Positions 24,141 through 35,152 of a stretch of 64,000 nt of DNA are shown here, piece by piece. The translations under genes and the position numbers were made by a program. The stretch is from Ascoidea asiatica JCM 7603 (Eukaryota > Fungi > Ascomycota): contig BCKQ01000011.1 of NCBI GenBank assembly GCA_001600695.1, positions 287,678 to 351,677 of the forward strand, written 5' to 3'. Below the pieces are notes generated by a model. That model saw nothing but the letters and a program-made list of their open reading frames with translations, did no database searches and was not told where the DNA came from. Each line of letters opens with the position of its first letter. The stretch's first letter is position 1.

Positions 24141-25619
24141 TTAAATTGCTTGAGAAACAATTGAAGCTAAATCAATACTTTTTGGTCTTTCAATTGGTAA
24201 ACCTAAGATTCTATCCCAAATTAATTGATTTAAAGGACCTAAAGCTCTTGAACAACCAAAGATGACAGTGAAGAATAAAGTTTCTTTTATACCATAATGA
24301 TAAAATAAAATTCCAGAACTTGAATCAACATTTGGATATGGATTTTTAGTTTTACCATGAATTTTTAAAACATTTGGAGCAATTTTTGATAATTTATGAA
24401 CAAATTTAAAATAAATATCATTATTATTTATTGAAGGTCTTTGTAAACCAAAATTTAACATTGCATTAAATCTTGGATCTGGTTTTCTTAAAACTGCATG
24501 ACCATAACCAGGTATAACTCTTTTTGAATTTAAAATTGACCAAAGGTAATCAATAATTTTATTATCATCAGGTAATTCATTATAATTTTCTAAAGGTCCT
24601 AATAAATCTAATTTCATTTGAGTTATAAATCTTACAACTTCTTGAGCTGCAAGACCATGTAAAGGACCTGCTAAACCTTGAATACCAGCAGAATATGATA
24701 AATATGGATCAGATAATGCAGAACCAACTAAATGAGTTGTATGAGAAGAAACATTACCACCTTCATGATCAGCATGTAAAGCAGTATATAAACGTATTAA
24801 ATTTACAAAATCTTTTGAATCATTTGAATTAAAATTTTGAATATTTAAAGAATCATTTTTTGTCATACCTAAGAATGAAGCTAAATTATATGACCAATCT
24901 TGATCTAAATTTACATTACCTAAAAATTCATTTTTATTATTAATAAAATTTGATTTATAAGTATTTTGATAAATTTTACCAGTAATTGCAGGTAATTTTG
25001 CAATTAAATTTATTACATCATCATAAATATATTCCCAATATTGATTTTTTGATAAACCATTTTCATAAGCTTTAGCAAATTTTGAATCATTATTTAAAGA
25101 AGAAATTGCAATTGATAATTGAGTCATTGGATGTAAAGTTTTTGGTAAATTATTTAAAATTTTAATTAAATAATTTGGTAAAATTGAATTTTCTGCTAAT
25201 TTTTTTGAAAATTGATTAATTTGATATTGAGTTGGAATTTTACCAGTTAATAAAAACCAAAACATTGATTCTGGTAAAAAATTTGATAAATTATCATTTA
25301 ATTCAAATTTTGATTTTGGTAAAAAATTTTGACAATCATTAATTGAATTATTATGAAATTTAATACCATTATTTGGATCTAAAATTGAAGATTCCCAATA
25401 AAGAGATTTTATACCTCTCATACCACCTAAAGTTTGATTAACAGTTAAATTACCTAAAGATTTTTCACCATATTTATTTTTAATTTTAATAAAATTTTCT
25501 TTTCTTTCTGGAATTATTGAAATTAAAGTTTCTTTAAGAGTTTTTTCATTAGTTGAATATTTTCTTAAATTAATTAAATTTTTTGAATATAATGAAGTTA
25601 ATAAAGATTTATTAAACAT
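24141..25619 (-). CDS. CIT3: 2-methylcitrate/citrate synthase
   Basis: GGMRGIK, LHADHEGGNVSSH, GLAGPLHGLAAQEV, IPGYGHAVLRKPDPRF, NPYPNVD, LPIERPKS. The AAQEV/KPDPRF variant and adjacency to PDH1 favour the methylcitrate synthase paralog. Confidence 0.88.
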   Translation of the reverse strand: MFNKSLLTSLYSKNLINLRKYSTNEKTLKETLISIIPERKENFIKIKNKYGEKSLGNLTVNQTLGGMRGIKSLYWESSILDPNNGIKFHNNSINDCQNFLPKSKFELNDNLSNFLPESMFWFLLTGKIPTQYQINQFSKKLAENSILPNYLIKILNNLPKTLHPMTQLSIAISSLNNDSKFAKAYENGLSKNQYWEYIYDDVINLIAKLPAITGKIYQNTYKSNFINNKNEFLGNVNLDQDWSYNLASFLGMTKNDSLNIQNFNSNDSKDFVNLIRLYTALHADHEGGNVSSHTTHLVGSALSDPYLSYSAGIQGLAGPLHGLAAQEVVRFITQMKLDLLGPLENYNELPDDNKIIDYLWSILNSKRVIPGYGHAVLRKPDPRFNAMLNFGLQRPSINNNDIYFKFVHKLSKIAPNVLKIHGKTKNPYPNVDSSSGILFYHYGIKETLFFTVIFGCSRALGPLNQLIWDRILGLPIERPKSIDLASIVSQAI

Positions 25620-25989
25620 TTTTAATAATTTGAATATTAATATAATTAGTTAATAAAGTGATAAAATAAGTAATAAGTAATAAAATATGAAATAGGAAAA
25701 CCAGATATATTTATATTATCACATATTTATATCTTTAGATATATAAATCCAGGATATTATATTATATTATATAATATTCTAGGATATAATATATTTAGTA
25801 GAAACTATTCAATTGACATAAATTTAAAATGGATTTTAAAATAATAGATTAATATAAAAGTAGAGTAGTATAAATTATATTATCACACCAGATTAAACAA
25901 CATTATAAAAGCAATTGAGATTGAGTGAAAATGGATAAAAAGAAGTGTCATCCATGAAAAGGGTTGTAATTTGCAGTAGTGTAGTAGTA

Positions 25990-26450
25990 GTATATTAGTA
26001 GTGTAGTAGATACCCCGGATTTCACTTCTCTTCACTCTTCCACAATGCCCAGAAGCTGTTGTTGTTGTTGTTGTTGTGGGTGAACTCTCCAATGAACCGA
26101 AGAATGAATAAAGAGCATTGAATAAAAAGCATTGAATAAAGAAGGAGTGGCGGTGGTCTCTTGCTACTCTTACTTACTTCTTTATTGTTATACTTCTTTA
26201 TTATATTTGAAGCAGTAGTAGTAGTAGTAGCAGTATTACATTGTGCTGTGTTTGTGGATGGGAGACGTGTGACTTGCTCTGTTCTCTGCTTGCTGCACGC
26301 TGCTTGCTGATTACCCCGGATGAGATCTGTCGGATAAGCTCGCTCGTTGTCCTGCTCCGGATGATGGTCTGCTTTACCCGTTCTTTCTCTTTATTTCATT
26401 CTTCCTTCACTCCACTACTGCTACTACCACTACTACCACTATTTCAATAA
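25990..26450. promoter_or_regulatory. Bidirectional CIT3/PDH1 promoter island with repeated CCGGAT motif
   Basis: TACCCCGGAT at 26011-26020 and 26312-26321; CCGGATGA at 26357-26364; Reb1-like TTACCCG at 26374-26380. Confidence 0.55.
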
Positions 26451-26705
26451 TATATTCAATAATATATTCAATATCAAATATATGATATCAAATATCAAAT
26501 ATCAAATATTTCACACCTCCTGAATAATGATATCAATAACCAACAACTAATCAAGTAATCATTCAATCAACTAATCATTCAATCAGCTTTCTTCCATTTC
26601 ATCTATTTCACTCAATCATATCCTTTTATTTCTTTTATTTATTTTCTTACTTTCATTCTTAATATCCTTTAATTTTAATCTTTATTTATATTAATTATAT
26701 CTATT

Positions 26706-26753
26706 CATAATATATATACATAATATATATACATAATATATATACATAATATA
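26706..26753. repeat. 13-bp tandem repeat CATAATATATATA x3.7 upstream of PDH1
   Basis: Read directly. Confidence 0.85.
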
Positions 26754-26901
26754 TTATAAAGGATAATTACAATTTTATTCCATTAATTTGTATGTAATTG
26801 AATTCTATTTAAATTCTTTATTTCCTACTTTATTTTAATCCATATTCTATTCTATTCTATTATATCTATCTCTATTCTATTCTATAATATAATAAAATAA
26901 A

Positions 26902-28497
26902 ATGTTTAATTCAAAATTATATTTAAATTCAAATAAAAATTATTTGAATTTTAAAAAAATTAATACTAATAATTTTTATTTATTAAGAAATTTTTCAAAT
27001 TCAATAATTAAAATGAATTTAATTAAAAAAAATGAAATTATGAATGATAATTTACGTCCAGAACCTGATCAAGTTTTAAAAGATATTTCAAATTATATTC
27101 ATAATTATAAAATTGATTCAAAATTAGCTTTAGATACTGCAAGATTATGTTTCTTAGATACTTTAGGTTGTGGTTTAGCAGCTTTAAAATATAATGATTG
27201 TAAAAAATTAATTGGTCCAATAATTCCAAATTCAATTATACCAAATGGTTCAAGAGTTCCTGGTACTAATTTTATTTTAGATCCAATTAGAGCAAGTTTC
27301 TCAATTGGTACAATTATTAGATGGTTAGATTTTAATGATTGTTGGTTAGCTGCAGAATGGGGTCATCCAAGTGATAATCTTGGTGGTATTTTATCAATTG
27401 CTGATTATTATTCAAGATTATATAAATCAACAAATGGTAAAAATGGTAAAATTTTTAAAATTAAAGATGTTTTAGAATGTATGATTAAAGCTCATGAAAT
27501 TCAAGGAATTTTAGCAATTGAAAATTCTTTTAATAATGTTGGTTTAGATCATGTAATTTTAGTTAAAGTTGCAACAACTGCTGTTGTTTCAAAAATGTTA
27601 AATTTAAATTATTATCAAACTATTGATGCTATTTCTCATGCTTTTATTGATGGTCAATCTTTAAGAACTTATAGACATTCTCCAAATACAATGTCAAGAA
27701 AATCTTGGGCTGCTGGTGATGCATGTTATAGAGCTGTAAATTTAGTTTTTCATATTAAAAATGGTCAAAATGGTATGCCATCTGCTTTAACTGCAAAAAA
27801 TTGGGGTTTTTATGATGTTTTATTTAATTCAAAACATTTTAAATTTCAAAGATCTTATGGTTCATATGTTATGGAAAATATATTATTTAAAATTTCATTT
27901 CCTGCTGAATTTCATGCTCAAACTGCTGTTGAAGCTGCAATGATTTTAAATAAAAAATTAAAATCTTTAAATAAATCTTATAAAGATATTAAATCAATTT
28001 TAATTAAAACTCAAGATGCTGGAATGAGAATTATTGATAAAATTGGTCCTCTTTATAATTATGCTGATAGAGATCATTGTATTCAATATATGATTGCAAT
28101 TCCATTAATTTTTGGTAGATTAACTGCTGATGATTATACTGATAAAATTGCTTCTGATCCAAGAATTGATAATTTAAGATTAAAAATGAAATGTATTGAA
28201 AATAAAAATTTCACAATTGATTATCATAATCCTTTAAAAAGATTTATTGGTAATTCTTTAACAATTACTCTTAATGATAATACAATTCTTGATGAAATTG
28301 AAATTAATTATCCAATTGGTCATAGAAAACGTCGTGATGAAGGTAAACCTTTATTATTATCAAAATTTGAAAATCATGTTAATCAACATTTTAAAAATGA
28401 TAAAATTTCAAAAAAAATTATTGAAACAAGTTATAATTCAAATTTTGATAATATGGATATTGATGACTATATATCTTTATATACAACAACTGATTAA
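26902..28497 (+). CDS. PDH1: 2-methylcitrate dehydratase (PrpD/MmgE)
   Basis: RWLDFNDCWLAAEWGHPSDNLGGIL, GLDHVILVK, SLRTYRHSPNTMSRKSWAAGDA, FKISFPAEFHAQTA, ADRDHCIQY, YPIGHRKRR. Confidence 0.97.
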   Translation: MFNSKLYLNSNKNYLNFKKINTNNFYLLRNFSNSIIKMNLIKKNEIMNDNLRPEPDQVLKDISNYIHNYKIDSKLALDTARLCFLDTLGCGLAALKYNDCKKLIGPIIPNSIIPNGSRVPGTNFILDPIRASFSIGTIIRWLDFNDCWLAAEWGHPSDNLGGILSIADYYSRLYKSTNGKNGKIFKIKDVLECMIKAHEIQGILAIENSFNNVGLDHVILVKVATTAVVSKMLNLNYYQTIDAISHAFIDGQSLRTYRHSPNTMSRKSWAAGDACYRAVNLVFHIKNGQNGMPSALTAKNWGFYDVLFNSKHFKFQRSYGSYVMENILFKISFPAEFHAQTAVEAAMILNKKLKSLNKSYKDIKSILIKTQDAGMRIIDKIGPLYNYADRDHCIQYMIAIPLIFGRLTADDYTDKIASDPRIDNLRLKMKCIENKNFTIDYHNPLKRFIGNSLTITLNDNTILDEIEINYPIGHRKRRDEGKPLLLSKFENHVNQHFKNDKISKKIIETSYNSNFDNMDIDDYISLYTTTD

Positions 28498-31400
28498 ATT
28501 TTATTAATTTTATTAATTTTATTAATTTTATTAATTTTACTTGGATCTAAAATTATACTTCTTTGAATATATTTAAAATTTTTTTTATCTTTAAAATATA
28601 ATTCACTTAATTCAAAACTATTAATTTTATTATTTAAATTATTATTATTTATAATTTCAATAGAAACTTTAAAATTTATCTTTTCCCAAATTTTATAATC
28701 ATTTGGAAATAAAATTAAAAATCTTTTATATTCATTATAATTATTATAATTATTATAATTATTATAATTATTATAAATTCCTAACTTAAAATTAATTAAA
28801 TTTATTAATCTTGGTATATTTCTTAATTTATCTTTATTAATTTCTTTTAATTTTAAATTATTTAATTCTTCTTTAATTAAAATTATTAATTCTTTATCAT
28901 TTTCTAAAATTCCAATAACTCCTAATGTTAATAAATTTATTAATGTTATACCATTATTTTCAATATTTAAAAATAATTCTTCCATTGAAACTTTTTTACT
29001 TTCTTTATTATTAATTGAATATAAAATTTGTGATAATAATATTACTAATCTTCTTTTATTTGGAAATTTTTTTAAAATTTTTTTAAATTCTTCTAATGAA
29101 TTTTTTAATTCTCCTTTAAAAAAATTTGATAATCCAATTGAAATTCTACAACTTAAAATATATTTATCTTTTATATCATCTTCTTCTTCTTCTTCATTAT
29201 CATTATCATTATTAACTCCTAATAAATCTAAAACAAATTCAGAATCTTCAATTGATGAATCATATTCTCCTAATGCTAAATAAAATCTTGATAATTGACT
29301 TTTAATTTTAATAAATTTTATTAAAATTTCTTCATTTTCTTCTTCTTCATATTTATTTTCAAAAATTTTACTTAATTTTAATCCAATTTTTATTCCAATT
29401 TTATAATTTTTAATTCTTTCAAATATTAAACATGCACATTCTAATCCAATTTCATTATTTGGATCAAATTTTAAAAATTTCATTATTGAAAAACTTGCCA
29501 TTGATAATTCTTCTTCATTTAAATTATCATATTCTTCATTTACATCATCATTATCATTATCTTTATCTTCATAATTATTATAATTTATTGTTTTTTTAAT
29601 TATTGATAATCCATAAAGTAATTGTGATAATGGTATTTTACCATTTGACATCACAAATGAATGTGTAAAAAGTTTATTTGATTCAATTATTTTATTTTCT
29701 TGTTCTAAACAAATTGCTTCTCCTAACCATGATAATGAATCTTGTGGTACTAAAGATTGTGATTTTTTAAATAATTTTTTAGCTAAATTATTTTCACCAA
29801 ATTTTAAATATAATACCCCTAAATTATTCCAAATAAAAATATCTTTTGATGATATTATACCTGCTTTAATTAAACAATGTTGAGAAACTCTTGGATTTAA
29901 AGATATTGATGCAATTCCTAATGATTGCCAATAATCTGAAATACTACTTTCTAATTGTATTGCTTTTTTAAAACATTTTATTGCAGCTAATGAAAATTTA
30001 CTTTCTTTATTAATTTCAAATGATCCTAATGTTATAAATAATTCTGTAAGACCTAAATTATACCATTCCATTGATCTTAAAATTTTAGAATTTTTACCTG
30101 ATGATAATATTGATATAAGTCCACATTTTGCAACTAAAATATTAAGTAAACAACATGCTGAATTATAATCATTTTTACTTTTAATTTTTTCTTCAATCAT
30201 TTCACCAATTTCTTTAATATTCTTAAAATTAAGTAAATCTAATTCATTAATTTCTTCTAATAAAAAAAAATTATCATGAATATTTGATGAAAATTCTTCA
30301 CCATTTTTTTTAAAATTTAAATTAAAATTTAAAATCATTTCAAAAATTTCTTTCCATGGAATTTGTTCGATTCTTTCTTTCACATTTAAAAAAATTTTTA
30401 TAATTTCTGTTAAAGCTCTCCAAATTTTTATAGATTTCATATTTTCTTTTAAAGCTTTTTGTAAAAAAGGTATAGCATCTAAACAACATTCAATTGCTCT
30501 ACCAAAAAAACCACCTTCAATATAATGTAATCCACAATCTATAAGTGTTTCATAATATGCAATTATTAAAGCATGTTCATTTGGTTTAAGTTCATAAACT
30601 GACTTTAAATTATCTAATGATGATTCATATTCTTTTAAAGATCTTTGAGCAACAGATAATAAATATTTTACATACCAATTTGATTCATCTAATTTTAAAG
30701 TAAAATTAAATACTTTTACAGAAGCCTCAATTCTACCACATTGTAAATAAGATTCTCCTAAACCAACTAAAGATTCTATATCTTTTGAATTTAATCTTAA
30801 AGAATCTTGAAAATATTCAACAGCTTTTGCATAATCTTGAATTTCTAAACATGAAGTACCTAAAATTCTATATGGCCAAGATTTATCTTCTTCAATAGTT
30901 AAAGCATCTAATAATAATTTAGTTTTTGAAGAACTTATTAATTTTTCACAAATTATTGAAGCAATTTCCCAATCACATTGAGATGTATAAATTTCAACAA
31001 GATATCTTGCAGCTCTAATTTCACTTGGATCAATATCAAAGGCTTTAAAAAAACATTTTGAAGCTCTTTTTTCATCATTATAATAATCTCTATAAATTTC
31101 ACCAAGTGATGTAAAACTTGAAGCAAAATTATTTGACCATTTTATAGATTCAATCAAATTGCTATGAGAATTTTCAATTAAATCATTTGAAATTTCTTTA
31201 TAATTTTCAATTTCTTTATCTAAAGTTCTTAAAGAAATTAAATAACTTTCAGAAATTCTCCAAAAAATTTTAGCTTTAAATTCATTTGTAATTGAATTAG
31301 TATCAGTTAATAATTCTAAACATTTCTTTAAACCTTTTCTACCAGAATCAAATTCATTTAAAAGAATTTGACACCAACTAAATTCTGAAAGAGAATTTGG

Positions 31401-33050
31401 ATCATTTAAACCTTCTTCATTGATAACATCTTCAAAAAGTTTTTTTGCTTCAATTAATTTTTTATTTTCAATAAGTATTAAACCTTTACCAATTTTTGCT
31501 TTTGTATTATTTGGAAATTCCGAAAGAACATTATCAAATAATTTTAAAGCTCTTGGAAAATTTTTTGGTTTTTCATGATAAATATAACAAGTACCAAGAT
31601 TTGTTAAAATTTCTTGTCTTAAATTTGGTAAAAAAATTCCAGTAACTTTTTGATGATGAACTAATAAACTTATTGATTTTTGACAAGTTTCAAAATCTAC
31701 TAGATATTCTCTTAAATGAAGATAATAAGCCATAATAATTCTATGAGAAAATAAAGAAGTTGGACATTTTTCAAAGGCTTCAAGCATTGAAGATAATATA
31801 TCTTCTGGAGTATATATTATTGAAATTGTAGGAGAAGGTTCGGTATTAGAATCTTCAATAACATCACCCTCTTGATTTTTATTATTTTCATCATCTTCAT
31901 CTTTTTCTTCATCTTCTTCATCATCTTTGCCATCATTTTGTTTTGCTTTTAATTTTAATTCCAATTTTCTTCTTTTTTCTAATTTGATTGCTTCTCTTTT
32001 AAGAAAAATATCTTTATTAAAAGGAGAAATATCTGAAATTGCAAATGAGAACAATAATTTTGGTAAAGATAATTCATAAATTGTATCATCAAATAAATTT
32101 AAAAACATTAAAATATTTTCTAAATCATATTTAACTTCATTTAATTCTTTATAATCTTTCCAATCAAAGTATAATGACCAAGCTAAATAACATTTTCTTT
32201 TTAAAAGTATCATGTCAGTTACCATATTTTGAACTTTTTCTTTAAGTTGTTCTTTTGAAATATTTAAACTTATTATTAAATTTTGATTTTGATTTGGTAG
32301 ATCATTTGGAGAATTTATAAGTATATCATATAAATATTTTAATAAATTAGATTCATATTCAATTCTTAAATTATCATCTTTTGTAGTATCAATTAAAAGT
32401 TGATATAATTCAGGTAATTTTGATTGATTGTAAATAAGAAATTTAATTTCAGATTCTTTTTGTTCACGTATATCTTTTTGAGGAATTTTAAATTTAATTG
32501 AATTTAAATTTTTTTTAATATATTCTTTCTCTTCAAATAGTATTAATGAAGTTAATTTAATTAAAGCTGAATCAAATTTCATTAATTTTTCACCACAAAT
32601 TTCACCAATTGAAGTATTTGGTAAAATATTTGATAAATAAATTTTTTCAAAACCTTTTAAATTTGAAAATTTTTTAACATATAAATTAATTTCTTTAATG
32701 AAATCATTAATAAAATTAAAATTATTTTGATTATTATGAAATTTTTTACAATAATCTTGACAAAATTGAAAAAATTGAGAAACATTTTCTGTATTTTTTA
32801 ATATTGAAAATAAACCTTTCCAAGCAGGTAATAAATTTGGATCAATTGAAATTGCTTTTTTTAAAAATCTTGTACCATTATTAATATCTTTCTGAGTAAT
32901 ATAAGCTTTTGCAATTAATATATAAGCTAAATAAGAATTTGGATCTAAAGATAAAGCTTTTGAAGCTAATCTTAAAGTTTCTTCAGCATCATCAACAGCA
33001 AGATAACTTTTAGCCTCTTTCAAAAGCTTATTAACTTCATTTGGAGCCAT
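28494..33050 (-). CDS. SKI3: SKI complex TPR subunit Ski3
   Basis: 1518-aa TPR protein with LPAWKGL, RASKCFFKAFDID, WPYRILG, SLVGLGESYLQCGRIEAS, PRVSQHCLIKA, KSQSLVP..SWLG, LFTHSF, IQRSIILDP. Confidence 0.92.
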   Translation of the reverse strand: MAPNEVNKLLKEAKSYLAVDDAEETLRLASKALSLDPNSYLAYILIAKAYITQKDINNGTRFLKKAISIDPNLLPAWKGLFSILKNTENVSQFFQFCQDYCKKFHNNQNNFNFINDFIKEINLYVKKFSNLKGFEKIYLSNILPNTSIGEICGEKLMKFDSALIKLTSLILFEEKEYIKKNLNSIKFKIPQKDIREQKESEIKFLIYNQSKLPELYQLLIDTTKDDNLRIEYESNLLKYLYDILINSPNDLPNQNQNLIISLNISKEQLKEKVQNMVTDMILLKRKCYLAWSLYFDWKDYKELNEVKYDLENILMFLNLFDDTIYELSLPKLLFSFAISDISPFNKDIFLKREAIKLEKRRKLELKLKAKQNDGKDDEEDEEKDEDDENNKNQEGDVIEDSNTEPSPTISIIYTPEDILSSMLEAFEKCPTSLFSHRIIMAYYLHLREYLVDFETCQKSISLLVHHQKVTGIFLPNLRQEILTNLGTCYIYHEKPKNFPRALKLFDNVLSEFPNNTKAKIGKGLILIENKKLIEAKKLFEDVINEEGLNDPNSLSEFSWCQILLNEFDSGRKGLKKCLELLTDTNSITNEFKAKIFWRISESYLISLRTLDKEIENYKEISNDLIENSHSNLIESIKWSNNFASSFTSLGEIYRDYYNDEKRASKCFFKAFDIDPSEIRAARYLVEIYTSQCDWEIASIICEKLISSSKTKLLLDALTIEEDKSWPYRILGTSCLEIQDYAKAVEYFQDSLRLNSKDIESLVGLGESYLQCGRIEASVKVFNFTLKLDESNWYVKYLLSVAQRSLKEYESSLDNLKSVYELKPNEHALIIAYYETLIDCGLHYIEGGFFGRAIECCLDAIPFLQKALKENMKSIKIWRALTEIIKIFLNVKERIEQIPWKEIFEMILNFNLNFKKNGEEFSSNIHDNFFLLEEINELDLLNFKNIKEIGEMIEEKIKSKNDYNSACCLLNILVAKCGLISILSSGKNSKILRSMEWYNLGLTELFITLGSFEINKESKFSLAAIKCFKKAIQLESSISDYWQSLGIASISLNPRVSQHCLIKAGIISSKDIFIWNNLGVLYLKFGENNLAKKLFKKSQSLVPQDSLSWLGEAICLEQENKIIESNKLFTHSFVMSNGKIPLSQLLYGLSIIKKTINYNNYEDKDNDNDDVNEEYDNLNEEELSMASFSIMKFLKFDPNNEIGLECACLIFERIKNYKIGIKIGLKLSKIFENKYEEEENEEILIKFIKIKSQLSRFYLALGEYDSSIEDSEFVLDLLGVNNDNDNEEEEEDDIKDKYILSCRISIGLSNFFKGELKNSLEEFKKILKKFPNKRRLVILLSQILYSINNKESKKVSMEELFLNIENNGITLINLLTLGVIGILENDKELIILIKEELNNLKLKEINKDKLRNIPRLINLINFKLGIYNNYNNYNNYNNYNEYKRFLILFPNDYKIWEKINFKVSIEIINNNNLNNKINSFELSELYFKDKKNFKYIQRSIILDPSKINKINKINKINKI

Positions 33051-33299
33051 GTTAATGAAATAGTCTTGTTAATAATGCGAATTGACTGTTGCACTTGGAT
33101 TCCTTTGTCTTTATCTTTCTTTATCTTTATCTTTCTTTGTCTCTTATTTCTTCAACTTATTTCAATATCTCAATTCAATTCAATTATTTTAATCATATTT
33201 TAATTATTTCCTTTACTGCCAAATCAGGTGACCTCCAACCGGATCTAAACAAGCTCTATCCACTCTCACTAATGCACGTGCGCTCTTATATTTCATATT

Positions 33300-35152
33300 T
33301 CATAATCAATAATCTTGTTGAATAGCTGATAATAATACCATCAAATCAATCTTTTACGCAAGCTGAAGACTTTTCATTATCAATTTCTTCAAACAAATAC
33401 TTTTTAAACATATCTTTCATCTCTTTTCTATTTTGGTTAAAAGCTAAAGAAACTTAAAGATTTGAAACTAAATTGTTAATGAATGTCAACTATTATTTAA
33501 AAAAAAACTAGAACTTATTTGTTATGAGTTGGATTTAAATGGACTTCAAATTCGACAATAGAAAGTGTTGTTATAAAGAAGAAATATGAAAATAGAAGTA
33601 GAAAAAAAACGCACGATTAAACATCATCTTTTTGTTGTTGAGATATACAACTTCTTAAAATTTCCAGAATTACTTGTAAAAACGAAAATTTTCATCACCT
33701 TGATTTGCAATAATTCCATATATCAGATGGTAAGAATTAAGCCAGATTTAGGCGAAGAATATTCTAAAAATAATTCTACCATCTATTTCAACAGAATCAG
33801 TTGTTTTAGCAGTTTTATAAGTTTTACTTAAAAATCCTACAGCTCATATGAATTGACATAATAGATTTGAAATTAAAATTGGTAGTGGTGATCGCATATA
33901 TTGTATAAAATTATATAATAAATTGATAAAATCAGAACCAAATATATGAAACAATATGACTTTTAAATAGATCTCTTAATTATATCCAGATCTTATTATT
34001 TCGGTTAAGAAAAAAAGGTAGTTGCACTAATTGGGAAATAATCCTTATTAAAAATGTGTAATTCTGCTTTTTTTTGACTCACAATAAGAAGTTGGAACAT
34101 AATTTCGAAGAATGCTTCCTTCCGAATGGGAAAAGAAAATGCTTGGTTCTATTTTTCCATAATCGAATTTTAAACCCAAGGTTAATTGTACTGTTAATAT
34201 TAGGTAATTTGTGGAAATTGCATTCATACATAAATATGGAGTTCCATTATAGCTGTAATAATAATATTTTACACCTTTTTTATTTTCCCTAATTTCTTTA
34301 ATTGTATTTTCTGCATTTTTTATTGATTCCATTAAGGTGGAGATGTTATTTTACAACTTAAAACTTAGAATCAAGGTTTTTGAACAAATTGTTAGTTTTT
34401 AAGTCAAGTCTTTGGAACAAAGCAGATCCAATCATTCCAAGAGAATTCTTTCCAACTGCTAACAACACATCAAATGTATTCATTAAAAGCTTTCCTGAAT
34501 TATCTGAATTAGAATAGAGACTACAAATACTTCATCTCGATTTGGGATAAAGAAAATTTTCAGAAATATCGGAACCAATTTTAAATGTGCATTATGCAAA
34601 AAATCGAAAAAACGTTTCTTTCAAATCTTTATCCATATTTAAAATTTCAAGTTTTCCTTCCATTATAAAAAGGATATATTTGCTTAACCTGATAAAAAGA
34701 TCTTTTATACTTCCATAAAAGCTTCTCAAAAAGTAATTCATGAAAATTTTGAATACATATTCAATTGAAGTACTCTCACCTAATTCATATATTAAAATCA
34801 ATAATATAATAACATCAACCAATTGATATATTTTGTGTTTGAGCTTGATATTTGAGTACAACTTTTTGTTTTTATTTTTATGATTGCTGGAAAAAAGAGG
34901 TATAAAAAAATAATATTTCTCATTGGATTCCAAACTATTTTTGAAAATCTTTATGTTTTTATTAAGAAGATTTGGAGATAAAACATTATTTATCAATCTA
35001 TATACATTTTGAGATTTTTCATTAGGTGATTTCAAATTGACATCATATTCATTGTCATCACTTTTTTTGTTTGTACTTGTATTTGTGTTTGTGTTTGAAG
35101 TTTTAATTTCTTCAACAATAAGTGTCAGACTAGTCATTTTTAAATAATTCAA
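33300..35152 (-). pseudogene. Probable decayed or orphan gene: 186-aa ORF (35152-34592) followed by coding-like fragments in shifting frames
   Basis: Minus-strand fragments at 34332-34048 and ~33453-33349 (VSLAFNQNRKEMKDMFKKYLFEEIDNEKSSACVKD) are separated by stops and frameshifts. The region lacks the microsatellites typical of intergenic DNA here. No family recognised. Confidence 0.35.
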
